Source: Octopus vulgaris (Eukaryota). From it: a stretch of DNA of 64,000 nucleotides. Positions 28,427 to 43,091 of this stretch are shown in pieces. Location of the stretch: the NCBI GenBank assembly GCA_951406725.2, contig OX597833.1, positions 64,108,001-64,172,000 of the forward strand, read 5' to 3'. A program made the position numbers and the translations under genes. How positions within the stretch are numbered: position 1 is the first letter of the stretch; every line of letters begins with the position of its first letter. The notes beneath the pieces were generated by a model. The model was not told where the DNA came from. It saw only the letters and a program-made list of their open reading frames with translations, and did not search any database.

Positions 28427-28535
28427 GTCATCAACATCATCATCATCATCATCATCACCATTATCATTGTCGTCGTCATTTTTATCACTATCATCATTAT
28501 TAGTTATCATTATTATTAATATTATTATTATTATT
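28080..28535. repeat. (CAT)n/(CAC)n microsatellite with a 60-bp internal duplication
   Basis: CGTTCTCATCATCATC.TTATCACCACCA recurs at 28249 and 28309. Confidence 0.95.
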
Positions 28536-28849
28536 TTTTGGGGTCTTCTTTGGGGGGGATTTTATCCCCACTGATTGATTTTTCTTCTTTCTTTTTTTCC
28601 TTCCTTTTCTTTCTTTTTTTTTTTTTTTGTCTTTCTTCACATTGGCAAAATGCCCGAAATTTGCAAATCTTGGGATAGCAAACGGTGCTGCTGGGTTGAG
28701 GGCAACAGATCATATCGAGACCAGCATTTGAACGGTATTTTATTTAATTGACCCTTGAAGGATCAAGGTAAGGCTTTATTTCAAGCGAATTTGAATTGAG
28801 ATTATCGTAATTGGATTAAATACACGCTGAACACCGAAAACATATACTA

Positions 28850-28930
28850 TACAGATGGTCCATAAATTATCTTTACAATTACAATTATGAAAATTTATAA
28901 ATTGCCAAGATAATTTATGGACGGCCTTTA
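28850..28930. mobile_element. ~80-bp palindromic mini-MITE (Tc1-like ends)
   Basis: GTCCATAAATTATCTT..CAATT versus AATTG..AAGATAATTTATGGAC inverted arms; TACAG start. Confidence 0.55.
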
Positions 28931-29164
28931 TTATTGCTATCGAGACATGATGTAATGATTACCGTGCCGGACAAACATACTTCGCGACGTTCTTTTGGCC
29001 TGACGTTTTGAGTTCAAATGCTTCCGTGGTCAACTTTGATTTTTTTTCGTTTCGGTGTCGATAAAACAAGTACCAGTTGAGTACTGTGGTCGATGTAATC
29101 GACTTACCACCTGATTGAAATTGCAGGTCTCGTGGCAAATTCTGAAATCCTCCAGATTTCTTCA

Positions 29165-29342
29165 ATCAGGCCAGCCCCCAAGGAAAAACTAAGTGAAGAA
29201 CATTAGATTCCTTGGAAGAAAGCAGCGGATGTATACGAAAAGAAGGACGAAATAAAAACGGAGAACGTTACACAAATACAAATAACAGGACATAACAACA
29301 GGTGTCTTTCGACTACGGACGAATTAAATTAGGCTGGCGTGT
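29165..29342 (-). repeat. Unclassified dispersed repeat, copy 1
   Basis: Reverse complement of 37280-37485 (shared TAGTCGAAAGACACCTGTTGTTATGTCCTGTTAT and TTTTTCCTTGGGG.CTGGCC). Confidence 0.75.
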
Positions 29343-29437
29343 GTGGAAGTAAATCCTTACGGCAGGGATACAAGGTTTCACAGGCACACACACACACACA
29401 AACACACACACATACATATATATATATTATATATCTT

Positions 29438-29479
<42 letters not shown>

Positions 29480-30196
29480 CATACATACACGCCTGCCCGC
29501 GCACACACACACATAGAGGAGCTATGTTTCCATCCAGTAAATTCACGCACAAGGCTTTGGTCGGCCCGATTCTATGGGAGACACTTTCCCAAGGTGCCAA
29601 GCAGTGAGGCTGAACCCGAACTCATGAGGTTGACAACCACATATTGAACAAATAAGACTTGTTACCCACGGCCCGGAAACCTTGTTAAGCTCCGGCCTAA
29701 GGACTTCATGGCCTAACTACGAACCTGAATATTCTTGAAATTAACGTTGTCATTTTATTTGATTTTATTTAGCCACTATGTTTTGGGTAAGTCACAGATG
29801 ACTTCTCAAATAACGTCTTGGACCAGGACAGCACAAGCGTTTCGCATGACTGGTTTAGTCTGATCACCTGGTCAATGTACGGTACTTGCTTGAATTGCCA
29901 CCCTGTTGGTAATTTTGATCTCTCCACCAACGAAACGCCTTTCTATGGGGTCACTCCCGATGCCCCAAATAGCAGCCAAATTTCCTACATTCGCACCATG
30001 TTGGTAATTTTGATATTTACACCGACAAAGGAATCGGTCTATGAGGAAACTCTTGATGTCACAAACAACAGCCAAATCTCCCTCAAGCACATGGGCCGTG
30101 TCGTCTTTAAACAATTATACTTTGGAGAAAATGGATGGTCATCGCTGGAATGGCTATGGCCATACGTGTCAATACCAGAGCTCACAACAACAACAG

Positions 30197-30363
30197 TGGA
30201 GGCGCAATGGCCCAGCGGGTAAGGCAGTGGACTCGCAGTCGTAAGAAAGCGGTTTCGATTCCCAGACCAGGCATTGTAAGTGTTTATTGAGCAAAAAACC
30301 TAAGTTCCACGAGGCTCCAGCGGGGGAGCGTGGTAACCTTTCTCTCACTCTTTCTTCCTACTT
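30197..30363 (+). mobile_element. SINE-C 5' part
   Basis: GGAGGCGCAATGGCCCAGCGG..GGTTTCGATTCCCAGACC. Confidence 0.85.
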
Positions 30364-30626
30364 CTGCCACAAAGCAGAGGAACCATGGTGTAACCCACAA
30401 TGGTGTGGTTAAGCTTTCAGACATTAGTCTAGATTGCGAATCATCTGTACCCCAGGATGGTTCAGCACTCCACCCGTTAAAAGCCACCGTTTATGGAATG
30501 AAGATAACAACGTAGTCTATCGGGTGTCGTGGGTGGATCTTCAAGTTGCCATACGCATTCTTAGTAGCTTAGAGTAGGCTGGAATTAGAGATTATTCTTT
30601 GTGGCTAATGGCGTGAGTCCTGATTG

Positions 30627-30839
30627 GAAGAAGAAGAAGAAGAAGAAGAAGAAGAAGAAGAAGAAGAAGAAGAAGAAGAAGAAGAAGAAGAAGGAAAGAG
30701 AAAGAAGAAGAAGAAGAAGAAGAAGAAGAAGAAGAAGAAGAAGAAGAAGAAGAAGAAGAAGAAGAAGAAGAAGAAGAAGAAGAAGAAGAAGAAGAAGAAG
30801 AAGAAGAAGAAGAAGAAGAAGAAGAAGAAGAAGAAGAAG
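30627..30839. repeat. (AAG)n microsatellite
   Basis: About 70 units with one interruption. Confidence 0.97.
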
Positions 30840-31261
30840 CCAGCAACACCGTCGACGGCTGCAGAAACACCAGCAGTAGTATGACATGTAGCACCAACCG
30901 CAATATGTTAATGATACAAGCTCTCAATGGCAGGGTGGTCACGATTGGAATTCACATGAACATATATCATCTCACTGAAAAGTGGCATGGATCTAAATAA
31001 CTGCAGAAATTATTCAAACAAATAAAGAAAAAAGAAGAAAGAAAGAAACAGAAGAGAGATAAGAGAGTTTTATATAATCTACAAAACCCTACCCAGCATT
31101 GTAAGAGATTCTGTTATAAAAGTTTTACTGCATTATAAACACACACACACAAATACACACACACGCACACACACACACATACATATAAATACACAAGACA
31201 AGCACACATACACAAGTTAAAACATTAATCCGTATGTGTGTGTACAGACACACATACATAT

Positions 31262-31324
<63 letters not shown>

Positions 31325-31524
31325 AATATATATATGTAAATATATATATGTAGATGGAGACATATTTATATGTATATCTATATACATACATTTACATATA
31401 CATATATATATGTAAATATGTAAGTGTATATATGTATATATATATATGCATTTATACACTACACATACATATCTAAATATATATATATATATATACATAT
31501 ATACATATATATATACATACACAC

Positions 31525-31556
<32 letters not shown>

Positions 31557-31594
31557 ATATATATATATACATATACATATATACATATATATAC

Positions 31595-31724
<130 letters not shown>

Positions 31725-32058
31725 GTATATATATAAATATATATATATATATGTATGTATGTAAGTATGTAAGTGTCCAAGCATGTATGTAAGTATGGAA
31801 GTATTTATTTACATAATTATTACCAAGCACGGTGTCTCTGTTAGTATTGACAAATCTACAGTTTGTCTATTTATGTCTCTCTCTCCCTCCCTTCCTCTCA
31901 CCCCTCTCTCTATCACCCTCCCTCTCCCCGCGTGTTTGTGTCTCTCTCTCCTTTCTCTCTCTCTCTCGCCCTGATTCATTCTGTCACACGCTTTCTCTTT
32001 GTTACTCCATCACTCTCCCTTGTTTAGATTCATTAATTCAAAATCTCAGAGTTTCTAA

Positions 32059-32096
<38 letters not shown>

Positions 32097-32210
32097 CACA
32101 CACACACGCACACACACACACACATACACACACACACTAACACACGCATGCTCACAATCGCACGCACACAACGATACAACACATATATATACGTGTGTGT
32201 GTGTTATCTC

Positions 32211-32256
<46 letters not shown>

Positions 32257-32263
32257 CATGCAT

Positions 32264-32294
<31 letters not shown>

Positions 32295-32635
32295 AATATA
32301 CATCATATATATATATATATATATAGAAAGAGAGAGAGAGAGAAAGATAAATAAGGGGAGTAAATACATGTATATATATATATGCATATATATATATATA
32401 TATATACATATATATAAGCATGTGTGCGTATATATATACATACATATATACGTATATATATGTTACTCAGTATGTGTGTGCATGGGTATCTACCCTATCA
32501 TCCAAATACCGTTCTATATCATTCGCAACAAAAAAATGATTAACGCTATTGACAATTGTGATTCTATAACACAATAACACACCAACCATAGCTTCTAGTA
32601 GACTATCATTGCCCCTCCCCCTACATCCCTTTACT

Positions 32636-32673
<38 letters not shown>

Positions 32674-32803
32674 CCACCCGTATACATACATATATGTATG
32701 TATTCTTGCCTACTTATTTCTACACATGCATACGTTTCTGTCTCTCGCAGAACGATGCATACATACATGTGTGTTTGTGTGTGTATATATATACGTATGT
32801 ATG

Positions 32804-32861
<58 letters not shown>

Positions 32862-32875
32862 CATATATATGTATA

Positions 32876-32908
<33 letters not shown>

Positions 32909-33176
32909 ACATATATATATATATATGTTTATATATGTACATATATGTGTGTTTGTGTGTATATATATACTTGTATATATATATATATGTGTGTGTATAC
33001 ATATATATATGAGAATGTATATATATATATATATGAATGTATATATATTTATATATGTATATATATGTCGTATATAGCATACGATATCTTTTGCCTCCTC
33101 TGGGACACTTCCGGTGTGTGCTCTGTTTTGATTACCATTATTCATGAGTATGTCCAGAACGGATTGAAAATCACAG

Positions 33177-33244
<68 letters not shown>

Positions 33245-33380
33245 GAAGAAAAAAGAAAATAAGTAAAATATATAAAAGTTGTCTTTTGCTGTCTTTGATT
33301 TAAACCAAATCAAAATCATGAATGTTTCTGATGGAATTCCTCTCGTTCGCTCTTGACGTTCATTGTCCTTATGGAAAGAG

Positions 33381-33505
33381 CAATAATAATAATAATAATA
33401 ATAATAATAGTAATAATAATAATAATGATAATAATAATCATAATAATAATAATAATAATGATAATAATAATAATGATAATAATAATAATGATAATAGTAA
33501 TAATG

Positions 33506-33596
<91 letters not shown>

Positions 33597-33674
33597 TAAC
33601 AATAATAATAATGATAATAATAATAATGATAATAATAATAATAATAATAGTAATAACAATAATAAAAATTTCAA

Positions 33675-33719
<45 letters not shown>

Positions 33720-34062
33720 TAATAATAATAATAATAACAACAATAATAATAAAAATTTCAATAATAATAAAAATAATAATAATAATTTTTAACATTCTTG
33801 TTAATATTATTAATATCACCATCATCATTATCATTATACTGCTTCTTACCAACATTATCATCATCTTCTTCATCGTCATTGCTATCATCATTATCATAAT
33901 CCTCATCACCATCACGATCACCATCGTCATCATCATCATCGTCATCGTCATCATCATCATCATCATCGTCATCGTCGTCGTCGTCGTCATCATCATCACC
34001 ATCATCATCATCATTGACATCATCATCATCATCATTGACATCATCATCATCATCATCATTGC

Positions 34063-34108
<46 letters not shown>

Positions 34109-34115
34109 GCCATCG

Positions 34116-34150
<35 letters not shown>

Positions 34151-34374
34151 GTCATCATCAACATCATCATTATCATCATCATCATCATCGTCATCATCAA
34201 CATCATCATTATCATCATCATCATCATCCTCCTCATCACCATCACCATCACCATCACTATCAGCATCACCATCGTCATCGTCATCACCACCACTATCATC
34301 ATCATCATCATCATCCTCATCACCATCACCATCACTATCAGCATCACCATCGTCATCATCATCATCATCACCAT

Positions 34375-34413
<39 letters not shown>

Positions 34414-34470
34414 AGTCATCAACATCATCATCGTCACCACCGTCGTCGTCGCCGTCATCATCATCGTTAT
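33381..34470. repeat. (AAT)n followed by (CAT)n trinucleotide field
   Basis: Directly visible. Confidence 0.97.
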
Positions 34471-35370
34471 CGACACACAACGGTTGTTATCAATACTAAT
34501 ATAAGCCGGCCATTTCCCAGGTGAATGCTACATTCTTCTTCTCTTTTAGTTTGCGTTGAATATCTTTGGAAAAACTGACGTGAATTAGGAAAACAAGAAT
34601 CACATCATCATCATCATCATCATCAACAACAACAACAACAACAACAACTTTAGCAGAAAAAGAAAGCACAAAAAGAAAATACCAAAAGATGAGTAAAAGT
34701 AAAAAAAAAATAACGACACGAAACGGAAAACTGACATATTACCAAGGGGTACCTGATGTAACCGAATTTAATGAGGGCCCGGAATAATCTTACGTGGTTT
34801 ACAAGACTCTTGCAAATGATATGCATATTATAAATATATATATATAGTTCGATGTGAACATTCGTAGCCTTGTGGTTAGGGGCAATGATCTCGTATGCTA
34901 GTTTGTTCGTGGGTTCGGTCTCCGGTCCAGGAATTACGCGGAGGGAGACTTGTCTGTAGAATACTCTGTCGACCGACTCACCACTGCTTTCCAGTATACG
35001 CATGAGGCCCAAGATTTTGATGGCAAACGAGGATTAGCCTGTGTTATCGATCTCAGTACTTAACGAGGTACTTTAGTTTCATCGGCCCAGGATGGCAGCA
35101 TCGTAATGTGTTCCTTGATGGTATTTGATCTCAGAATATAAAATGGTTTCAAATGTTTGCACCAGGCCAGTATTTTCGGTATACCTCAATTACAGGTACA
35201 CTAGTGGCATTTATTTTATCGACCCCGAAAGAATGAAAGTCAAAGTCGACTTCAACGGCATTTCAATTGAGAACAAATTGTCGGAAGAAATGTCACTAAG
35301 CATGTTGTCCGGAGCGATAACAGTTCTGCCAGCTCTCCGCCCTCACGTCGGAAAAAAATATTAAGCATTT

Positions 35371-35538
35371 AAGGCGGCGAGCTGGCAGAAACGTTAGCAC
35401 GTTGGGCGAAATGCTTAGCGGTATTTCGTCTGCCTTTACGTTCGGAGTTCAAATTCCGTCGAGGTTGACTTTGATTTTCATCCTTTTAAGTACCAGTTAC
35501 GCACTGGGGTCGACATATATATCAACCCCAGTGCGTAA
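35371..35538 (+). mobile_element. SINE-A with an internal deletion and a terminal fold-back inversion
   Basis: AAGGCGGCGAGCTGGCAGAA head; inverted repeat at 35497-35538. Confidence 0.85.
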
Positions 35539-35546
35539 ATAGCACG

Positions 35547-35698
<152 letters not shown>

Positions 35699-36264
35699 AC
35701 CATTGTTCATTTCATTAATGGAACGCTAAGTTCATTCAAATTCCGCTGAGGTCGACTTAGCTTTCTATCTTTTGAAGGTCGATAAAATAAAGTCCCAATC
35801 ATGTATTAGACTTCATTTGATTTACTCTCTTTCTCTCCTAAAATTTCGGGCCTTATTCCTATAGTAGAAAAGATTAAAGAGCTCCACGATGAGATGTAAT
35901 TTGGCCCGTTGGCGAAGTCGTTAGAGTTTTATGAAAGATTGTTCAATGCTAATATTTCTGAGACACATACAATGTAAGTTCAACTCCTTGTTTTTCCTTC
36001 CAGGCCGTTAAATGAAGTAGGAATTCAGAAGTGGAAATAAGTTTTCTAATTCTGTCTGTTTCTGAGTTTTTCTGTCGTTCTAGAAAAAATTTAATTTGGT
36101 CAGGTTGGTTGTGGAATATAGACCTTCAAGTTTAAAATTATGCGCAAGACATTTACGATTCTATCAAAAGTCATTGAGGACCGAAGATAAGGTAAGGATA
36201 TGACCTGATATTAGTCATATGGTCTGATGGAAGGAGCGGCTTCGATCTAGGTGGCAGAGGAAGT

Positions 36265-36417
<153 letters not shown>

Positions 36418-36465
36418 TCTCACACACATGCATACATATAAACATGCATATATAAATGTATATAT

Positions 36466-36532
36466 TACTTAGATAACTTAGATATTTTTTGACCAAGGAT
36501 TGACCCAGGCCATGCCTAACTTAATAGCACCG
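36466..36532 (-). mobile_element. CR1 3'-UTR-only fragment
   Basis: GGTGCTATTAAGTTAG.CATGGCCTGGG shared with ~37921-37948; short tandem tail (TATCTAAGT). Confidence 0.75.
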
Positions 36533-36537
36533 TCTAT

Positions 36538-36572
<35 letters not shown>

Positions 36573-36621
36573 AATGGAACAAAAACGCAACAGAGGACAT
36601 ATGTATATGTATAAACACACA

Positions 36622-36674
<53 letters not shown>

Positions 36675-37190
36675 GTATATATATATATATATATATACAT
36701 AGACACAGTCGCACAGATGTACATATATATATATTAATATGTATATATTTATATATGTATATATTATATTAGATGAAAACGTAACCTTGTGGTACGGCAA
36801 AAGATTTCGATACAATAAGTACTAGGCTTACAAAGATTAAGTCTCGGGGTACTCCAGCATGGCCACAAATAAAAGAATACAAGAATATATATTTATGGAT
36901 AACCATGTTATTCACATGTTATACAAGTTATAAACACACACTCACGTAAGCGTATGTTAGTATGCATATATATGTATTTGCCGGTTTTTATAACCATATC
37001 CATATCTGTATATCAACCTATCTATCTATATGTAAACATACCTACATTTTTCTATCACATGTATTTAATACTTTTCGTATATCATCTTGCCTAATTTGGT
37101 TATCGTTGTATTTATTCATCAACCTGCTCAAGTTTAAACCTCTTGAGCACTACGAAGTGTATTTTAGAAGGAAAATATCTGTCTCCCATC

Positions 37191-37256
<66 letters not shown>

Positions 37257-37279
37257 CATGGATATGTCTGTGTGTCACA

Positions 37280-37485
37280 GGCGCCAGCTGAATTAAAATC
37301 GCCCTTAGTCGAAAGACACCTGTTGTTATGTCCTGTTATAAATTATATTGTATTTTTTATTCTATTTATATTTGTGTAACATTGTCTGTTTTCTTCCGTC
37401 CCTGTTTTTGTATACATTAGCTGCTTTCTTCCGATGAATCGAATGCTCTTAGCTTAATTTTTTCCTTGGGGCTGGCCAGATTGGA
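37280..37485 (+). repeat. Unclassified dispersed repeat, copy 2
   Basis: Homologous to 29165-29342. Confidence 0.75.
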
Positions 37486-37499
37486 GCAATTATATATGT

Positions 37500-37722
37500 G
37501 TGTTTTATGTCTGTTTCTCCAGCCCCAAACCCCCGTCGCCATCGCTTGACAACGGACACGTTGACGTGTTTGTGTCCCTGCAACTTAGCGTTTCGGCAAA
37601 AGATAATGATAGGTTAAGCGCTAGACTAACAAAAAGTAAGTTCTGGCATCGAGGTTTTCGAGTAAATCCGCTTAAGGAGGTGCTCCAGCCCGGCCGCAGT
37701 CAAGTGACTGAAACAAGTAAAA
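37500..37722 (+). mobile_element. SINE-B 3' half, diverged
   Basis: CATCGCTTGACAAC..GGTGCTCCAGC..TGACTGAAACAAGTAAAA. Confidence 0.75.
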
Positions 37723-37832
37723 CACCAAACGAATATATCTATGTGTTTATATAGACGCGTGTATAATTATACTCTAAAGTGACACATCATGTTTCAACCG
37801 GCTTTCATTATATAAGAGTATATATATATATG

Positions 37833-37877
<45 letters not shown>

Positions 37878-37879
<2 letters not shown>

Positions 37880-38719
37880 TTTGATACTTTGATACTTTGA
37901 TAGGTTTCGGCCATTATTGGCCCAGGCCATGTCTAACTTAATAGCACCACCTGGTGAAGTCTTTCAAGTCAGAATTTGGGCACTATGGCCCACTCAAGTA
38001 GAGAGTTATTGTTTACAGAGACATATCCGGGTGTAGGGGGTTTATCCGGGATTTCTTGAAGGAATCTGTCCAAAGACTTCTTGAACCCTATAGGGTCAGT
38101 TTCTGTTTTAATGTGTTTTGGTGTAATGTTAAAGAGAGCGGGGCCAATTGAGGTGAAATAATTGTGCCGTATTGTTGTTATGAGATGAGAGTGCGATTTT
38201 TGTTTTGGGCGGATGGCACGGGGCCCAAGCCTTGGATGTACCTTAAAGGTGATGCCAACATCATTTGGGCAATGCTGATGGAATATTTTCCACATCATGC
38301 AGATGATGTAGCGCTCACGACGACGTTGGAGAGAATAGAGTTTTAGCTTTTCTAGTCGACCCCAATAGTCGAGGCCTGTCATGCCATCTATCTTTTTTGT
38401 GATTGCCCTTTGAGGTGCTTCGACTTTTATGATACCTTGTATTGTGTGGGGAGACCACAGTGGACAACAGTATTCAAGGTGGGGTCGGGCAAAAGTGGAG
38501 AAGAGAAGGATAATGGTGTGGATATCTCTCGACTGGAAAGTTCTGAGAATCCAGGAACACATTCTGCGGGCCATGTCAACTTTGGTGTTTATATGAGTGG
38601 CCCAGCTTACGTTGTTGTCCACAATTACTCCCAAGTCTCTGATGTTGTTGGACGCCGCGAGAGTTTCACCTGAAGGAAGGGAGTATGGGAGTTTCAGGGC
38701 ATCCTCTTTTCCAAAGTGG
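37878..38719 (-). mobile_element. CR1-clade LINE, 5'-truncated, open ORF2 C-terminus, (TATCAAAG)3 tail
   Basis: ORF 37969..38634: DLGVIVD, RPHLEYCCPLWSP, LYSLQRRRERY, GPALFN; (TA)n on both sides. Confidence 0.9.
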
Positions 38720-38929
38720 ATATATATATATATATGCGTGGATGTGTGTTTGTGCTCGTGCGTATTTATTCGAACCTATACATGCCATCTCTTAAACAGA
38801 CATATCTACCTATAAAATCATACCTATGTATTTTGAATTAAATATACATAGACCTTGTACGTACATACACCTAAATAAACTCCTCCATGCATTAAAATAC
38901 ACACACACACACGTATATGTATATATGTG

Positions 38930-39026
<97 letters not shown>

Positions 39027-39493
39027 CATATACATACAGTAACGTATAAAGTCGTCGTCTTTCGTTCGGAGATCTGACATACTTCAGTTTACATGAGATA
39101 TGGTTTACATTAATCTGTCCAGACGTTTTAAGTGCTGCAAATAATATATACACGTATATACAAGCGTACAAATATACACGCATTTTTATGTGCATATTCA
39201 TTTATGCATAGATGTGTGCACGCGTATGTATGTGTTCATGTATGTATGCATGTATATGCATATCTGTGTATATATGTGCATATATACATACATTCATATG
39301 TGTATAAGTATATGAAAACATATATACATATATATACATACATATATATGTATATATATATATATACATATATGAATATATGCATATATATATATACATA
39401 TATATATGCATATATATATATATATACGTACATACACACATACGCATCCACAGACATAGTCAGTCTATGTATCTATCTATCTGTCTCTCTATC

Positions 39494-39548
<55 letters not shown>

Positions 39549-39564
39549 CCTACCAATCTATCTT

Positions 39565-39605
<41 letters not shown>

Positions 39606-39822
39606 ATAGATGTAGGGAGAGAGAAGGAGAGAAATAGAGATAGAGTGAGTGAGAAATATACCTCTATGACTGTTATATACTGTAGTGTTTTTAGCTTAAT
39701 TTTGCAATAATCTTACCATGGTCCGAGCAAGGATTCACTAATCCGATCGGTATTATCCATCTTTCTTTTCCTCACCGACCCCTTCACTCTCATCCACTTC
39801 CTCGTCATATTTACCAGGATAC

Positions 39823-39861
<39 letters not shown>

Positions 39862-39874
39862 GATGATGATTATT

Positions 39875-39936
<62 letters not shown>

Positions 39937-39981
39937 AATCATCATCATCACCACCATCATCATCATCATCATCATCATTGA

Positions 39982-40023
<42 letters not shown>

Positions 40024-40037
40024 TATTATTATTATTA

Positions 40038-40086
<49 letters not shown>

Positions 40087-40125
40087 GATTATTATTATTA
40101 TTGTTGTTGTTGTTGTCGTTGTTAC
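39823..40125. repeat. (ATT)n-(CAT)n-(ATT)n microsatellite
   Basis: Directly visible. Confidence 0.95.
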
Positions 40126-40467
40126 TGTTATTGATGGTCATGTCTAGAGAGGCTCCATGTTACGTCAGAAAATTTGCATTTCTGTATTTTTTTTTTGTCT
40201 ATGCTAATTCAAATTCCATCGAGGTCGATATAACCTTGGGTCCCTCCGGGGCCAATGAAAAAAAATATCAGACAAGTACTGGGGGTTCATGATACGGACT
40301 AAACTCCTCATTTAAACATCAGTTGGCCTGGCCTTGTGCTGAGATCAGAAACCAAGCGTTCTGATTGGTAGAATCGTTAGACCATTGTAATAATAATCGC
40401 CTGCATTATTCAGTATAGTTGTTCTTTGTTCAAATCCTGCCGAGCTCAATTCAGCTTTTGTTATAAA

Positions 40468-41083
40468 GTTCGATATTTGAGAGATGAGAAATTATGTACA
40501 TTATTTACAATTGACGGATATTTGCCCTCATCTTGTTTGTTGTTTGTCTTCTCCGCTTAACTGATTGGAAGTGTTATCATGTACATTGTTTTTGTTTTGG
40601 TATAAAAGATGGGCCACAGTAAATATTCTGCTCAATACCACGGATTTGCTTGTCAGTTGTTTGATCTTAACCAGTTGAGCATGTCCCTTAGTGGCTGACG
40701 ATATGTGCATCTCTGATCACGAGCAGAAGTAGTGGGGGAGCATCATAGCCATGTGTTGAGAGGGATTCTTTGGGGTTTGAATAGTTCACCCCTGGAAATA
40801 TGGATGTTTCGTTCAACATCCTTAAACACTCCTTATTCAGGGTTTTTTGAGTAGGATGGGTTACTCGACTAGAAGAAAATTCTAACTGGGCCCCACCTGT
40901 AAGATCATGTGCTGTTTATCTTGATATGAGATCACCATGTCGCACACATATGGTTGTGATGCATGTGCCTGGTGTACCCTTATCAGACGGGTCGTCATGA
41001 TGGGGATACTGGGCTTCGTATATTTTACCCCAGTGTCACTTTGATGGCATGAACTGCTCTCTCACTCAATAATAATAATGATG

Positions 41084-41150
<67 letters not shown>

Positions 41151-41240
41151 TAACAACATCGGGGCAAAATACCTTAGGAATGAGAGCCCAGGTTCGAAAT
41201 GTCCCCAGGACACCTGAGGAAGGCTGCAGGGTTTATCAGC
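40468..41240. mobile_element. Probable non-autonomous Penelope-like composite element
   Basis: Left end GATGAGAAATTATGTACATTATTTACAATTGACGG recurs at ~62714-62747/63058-63068; internal (AAT)n; right end has a half-hammerhead CTGAGGA-A-GGCTG..CAGC; flanked by 5' and 3' halves of an old SINE-A-like copy. Confidence 0.45.
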
Positions 41241-41403
41241 ATTTCGTATAAATAAGTAGCAGTTACGCACTGAGGTCGGTGTAATCGACTTAATCCCTTC
41301 CCCAAATTTCAGGCTTTGTGCCTGCAATAGAAAGGATCATTCGAAGAAGACGAGGAAGTACTGGAAATAGTAGCAGTAGTAGTAATAGTAGTAGTAGTAG
41401 TAA

Positions 41404-41463
<60 letters not shown>

Positions 41464-41604
41464 AAGAAGAAAAGAAAATGTCAAAGAGAAAAATAGAAAG
41501 ATAAACGAGAAGAACGAAAAATCAATATGAAAGGAAAATTGAATGTAAACATATTAATATTTATTGTGCGTGATATTTCGAGTGGAGGTGGTGGTGATGG
41601 GGGA

Positions 41605-41726
41605 ATGCGAAAGACATATATATATATATGTGTGTGTGTATGGATATATATATACACTTATATATATATATATATATCACATATATATACGTGTGTATAT
41701 ATGCACATATATATATATATATATAC

Positions 41727-41778
<52 letters not shown>

Positions 41779-42009
41779 TTATATATGTGTGTGTATGTAT
41801 ATATATATACGTCTATATATGTATATATATATATGAATATGTATATATATGTATATATATATATGTGTGCATATATATATGTATATGTATATATATGTAT
41901 ATATATAGGTCTATGTATATATGTATATATGTATATATATATATATATATTTGCATATATATATGTATATATATATATATGTATATGTATATGTATATAT
42001 ATGTATATG

Positions 42010-42070
<61 letters not shown>

Positions 42071-42104
42071 GTATACATATTTATGTACATATATATGTAC
42101 ATAG

Positions 42105-42185
<81 letters not shown>
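41605..42185. repeat. (TA)n/(TATG)n microsatellite field
   Basis: Directly visible. Confidence 0.95.
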
Positions 42186-42189
<4 letters not shown>

Positions 42190-42575
42190 GAGGAAGAGAT
42201 AGAAAGACATAGAGAATGGGTGAGAGGACTTGAGGAGTGATTGCGGCGGAGCAGTGAAGAATGTGAGTTTTTGAAAATATTGTTAAAGGTGCTGAAAGGT
42301 GTTGACTCGCTATAAATTGATTAAAAGATGATTGATTACCTATTTCCAAAATGTTACGACTTGTATACGTTATTAAGAGAACATGACACACGATGACGCA
42401 GACGACAGCGGTGTCGTTGTTGCCGGCGTTGTTGGCGGTGCAGAGGTTGATGCGGAGGAGAGAGTAATGAGAGAAGCAGTGGAGATGGGTGAGTGATCAC
42501 ATGACAGTGATAAGTTGAACTAAATGTTCTATGCTTGTATCTTTGTATGTAAGTACAAATGTACACGATTATATA

Positions 42576-42636
<61 letters not shown>

Positions 42637-42645
42637 TATACATAC

Positions 42646-42724
<79 letters not shown>

Positions 42725-42894
42725 TATATATGTATGTATATATGTATTTCTTTTGAAATCGACAGAAGTTACGGACTAACTCCATGGCCGAGAGTTCCAT
42801 AGGTTGGCACTTATCAAATTGATTTCAAAAGTTAGGGGGCTATTTATATGTGTGTATTTGTGAGTGACTCTGTGTGTATATATATGTGTGTATG

Positions 42895-42949
<55 letters not shown>

Positions 42950-43091
42950 TTCAAAAATATACAAAATCAAAGTGCAAAACAAGAGGTGAAATGAAATTTA
43001 CAAAAACAACGATGGTGTTTTAGTTTGACATTCAGAGAAAATGCAACAAGGCTTTGACGCTTACACACACACACACACACATATATATATA

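Noticed and set aside
29818-30222. 134-aa non-repetitive ORF
   Set aside because: Contains a local duplication (TGTTGGTAATTTTGAT, CAGCCAAAT) and pieces of an old dispersed repeat, runs into a SINE head, and shows no recognisable motif.
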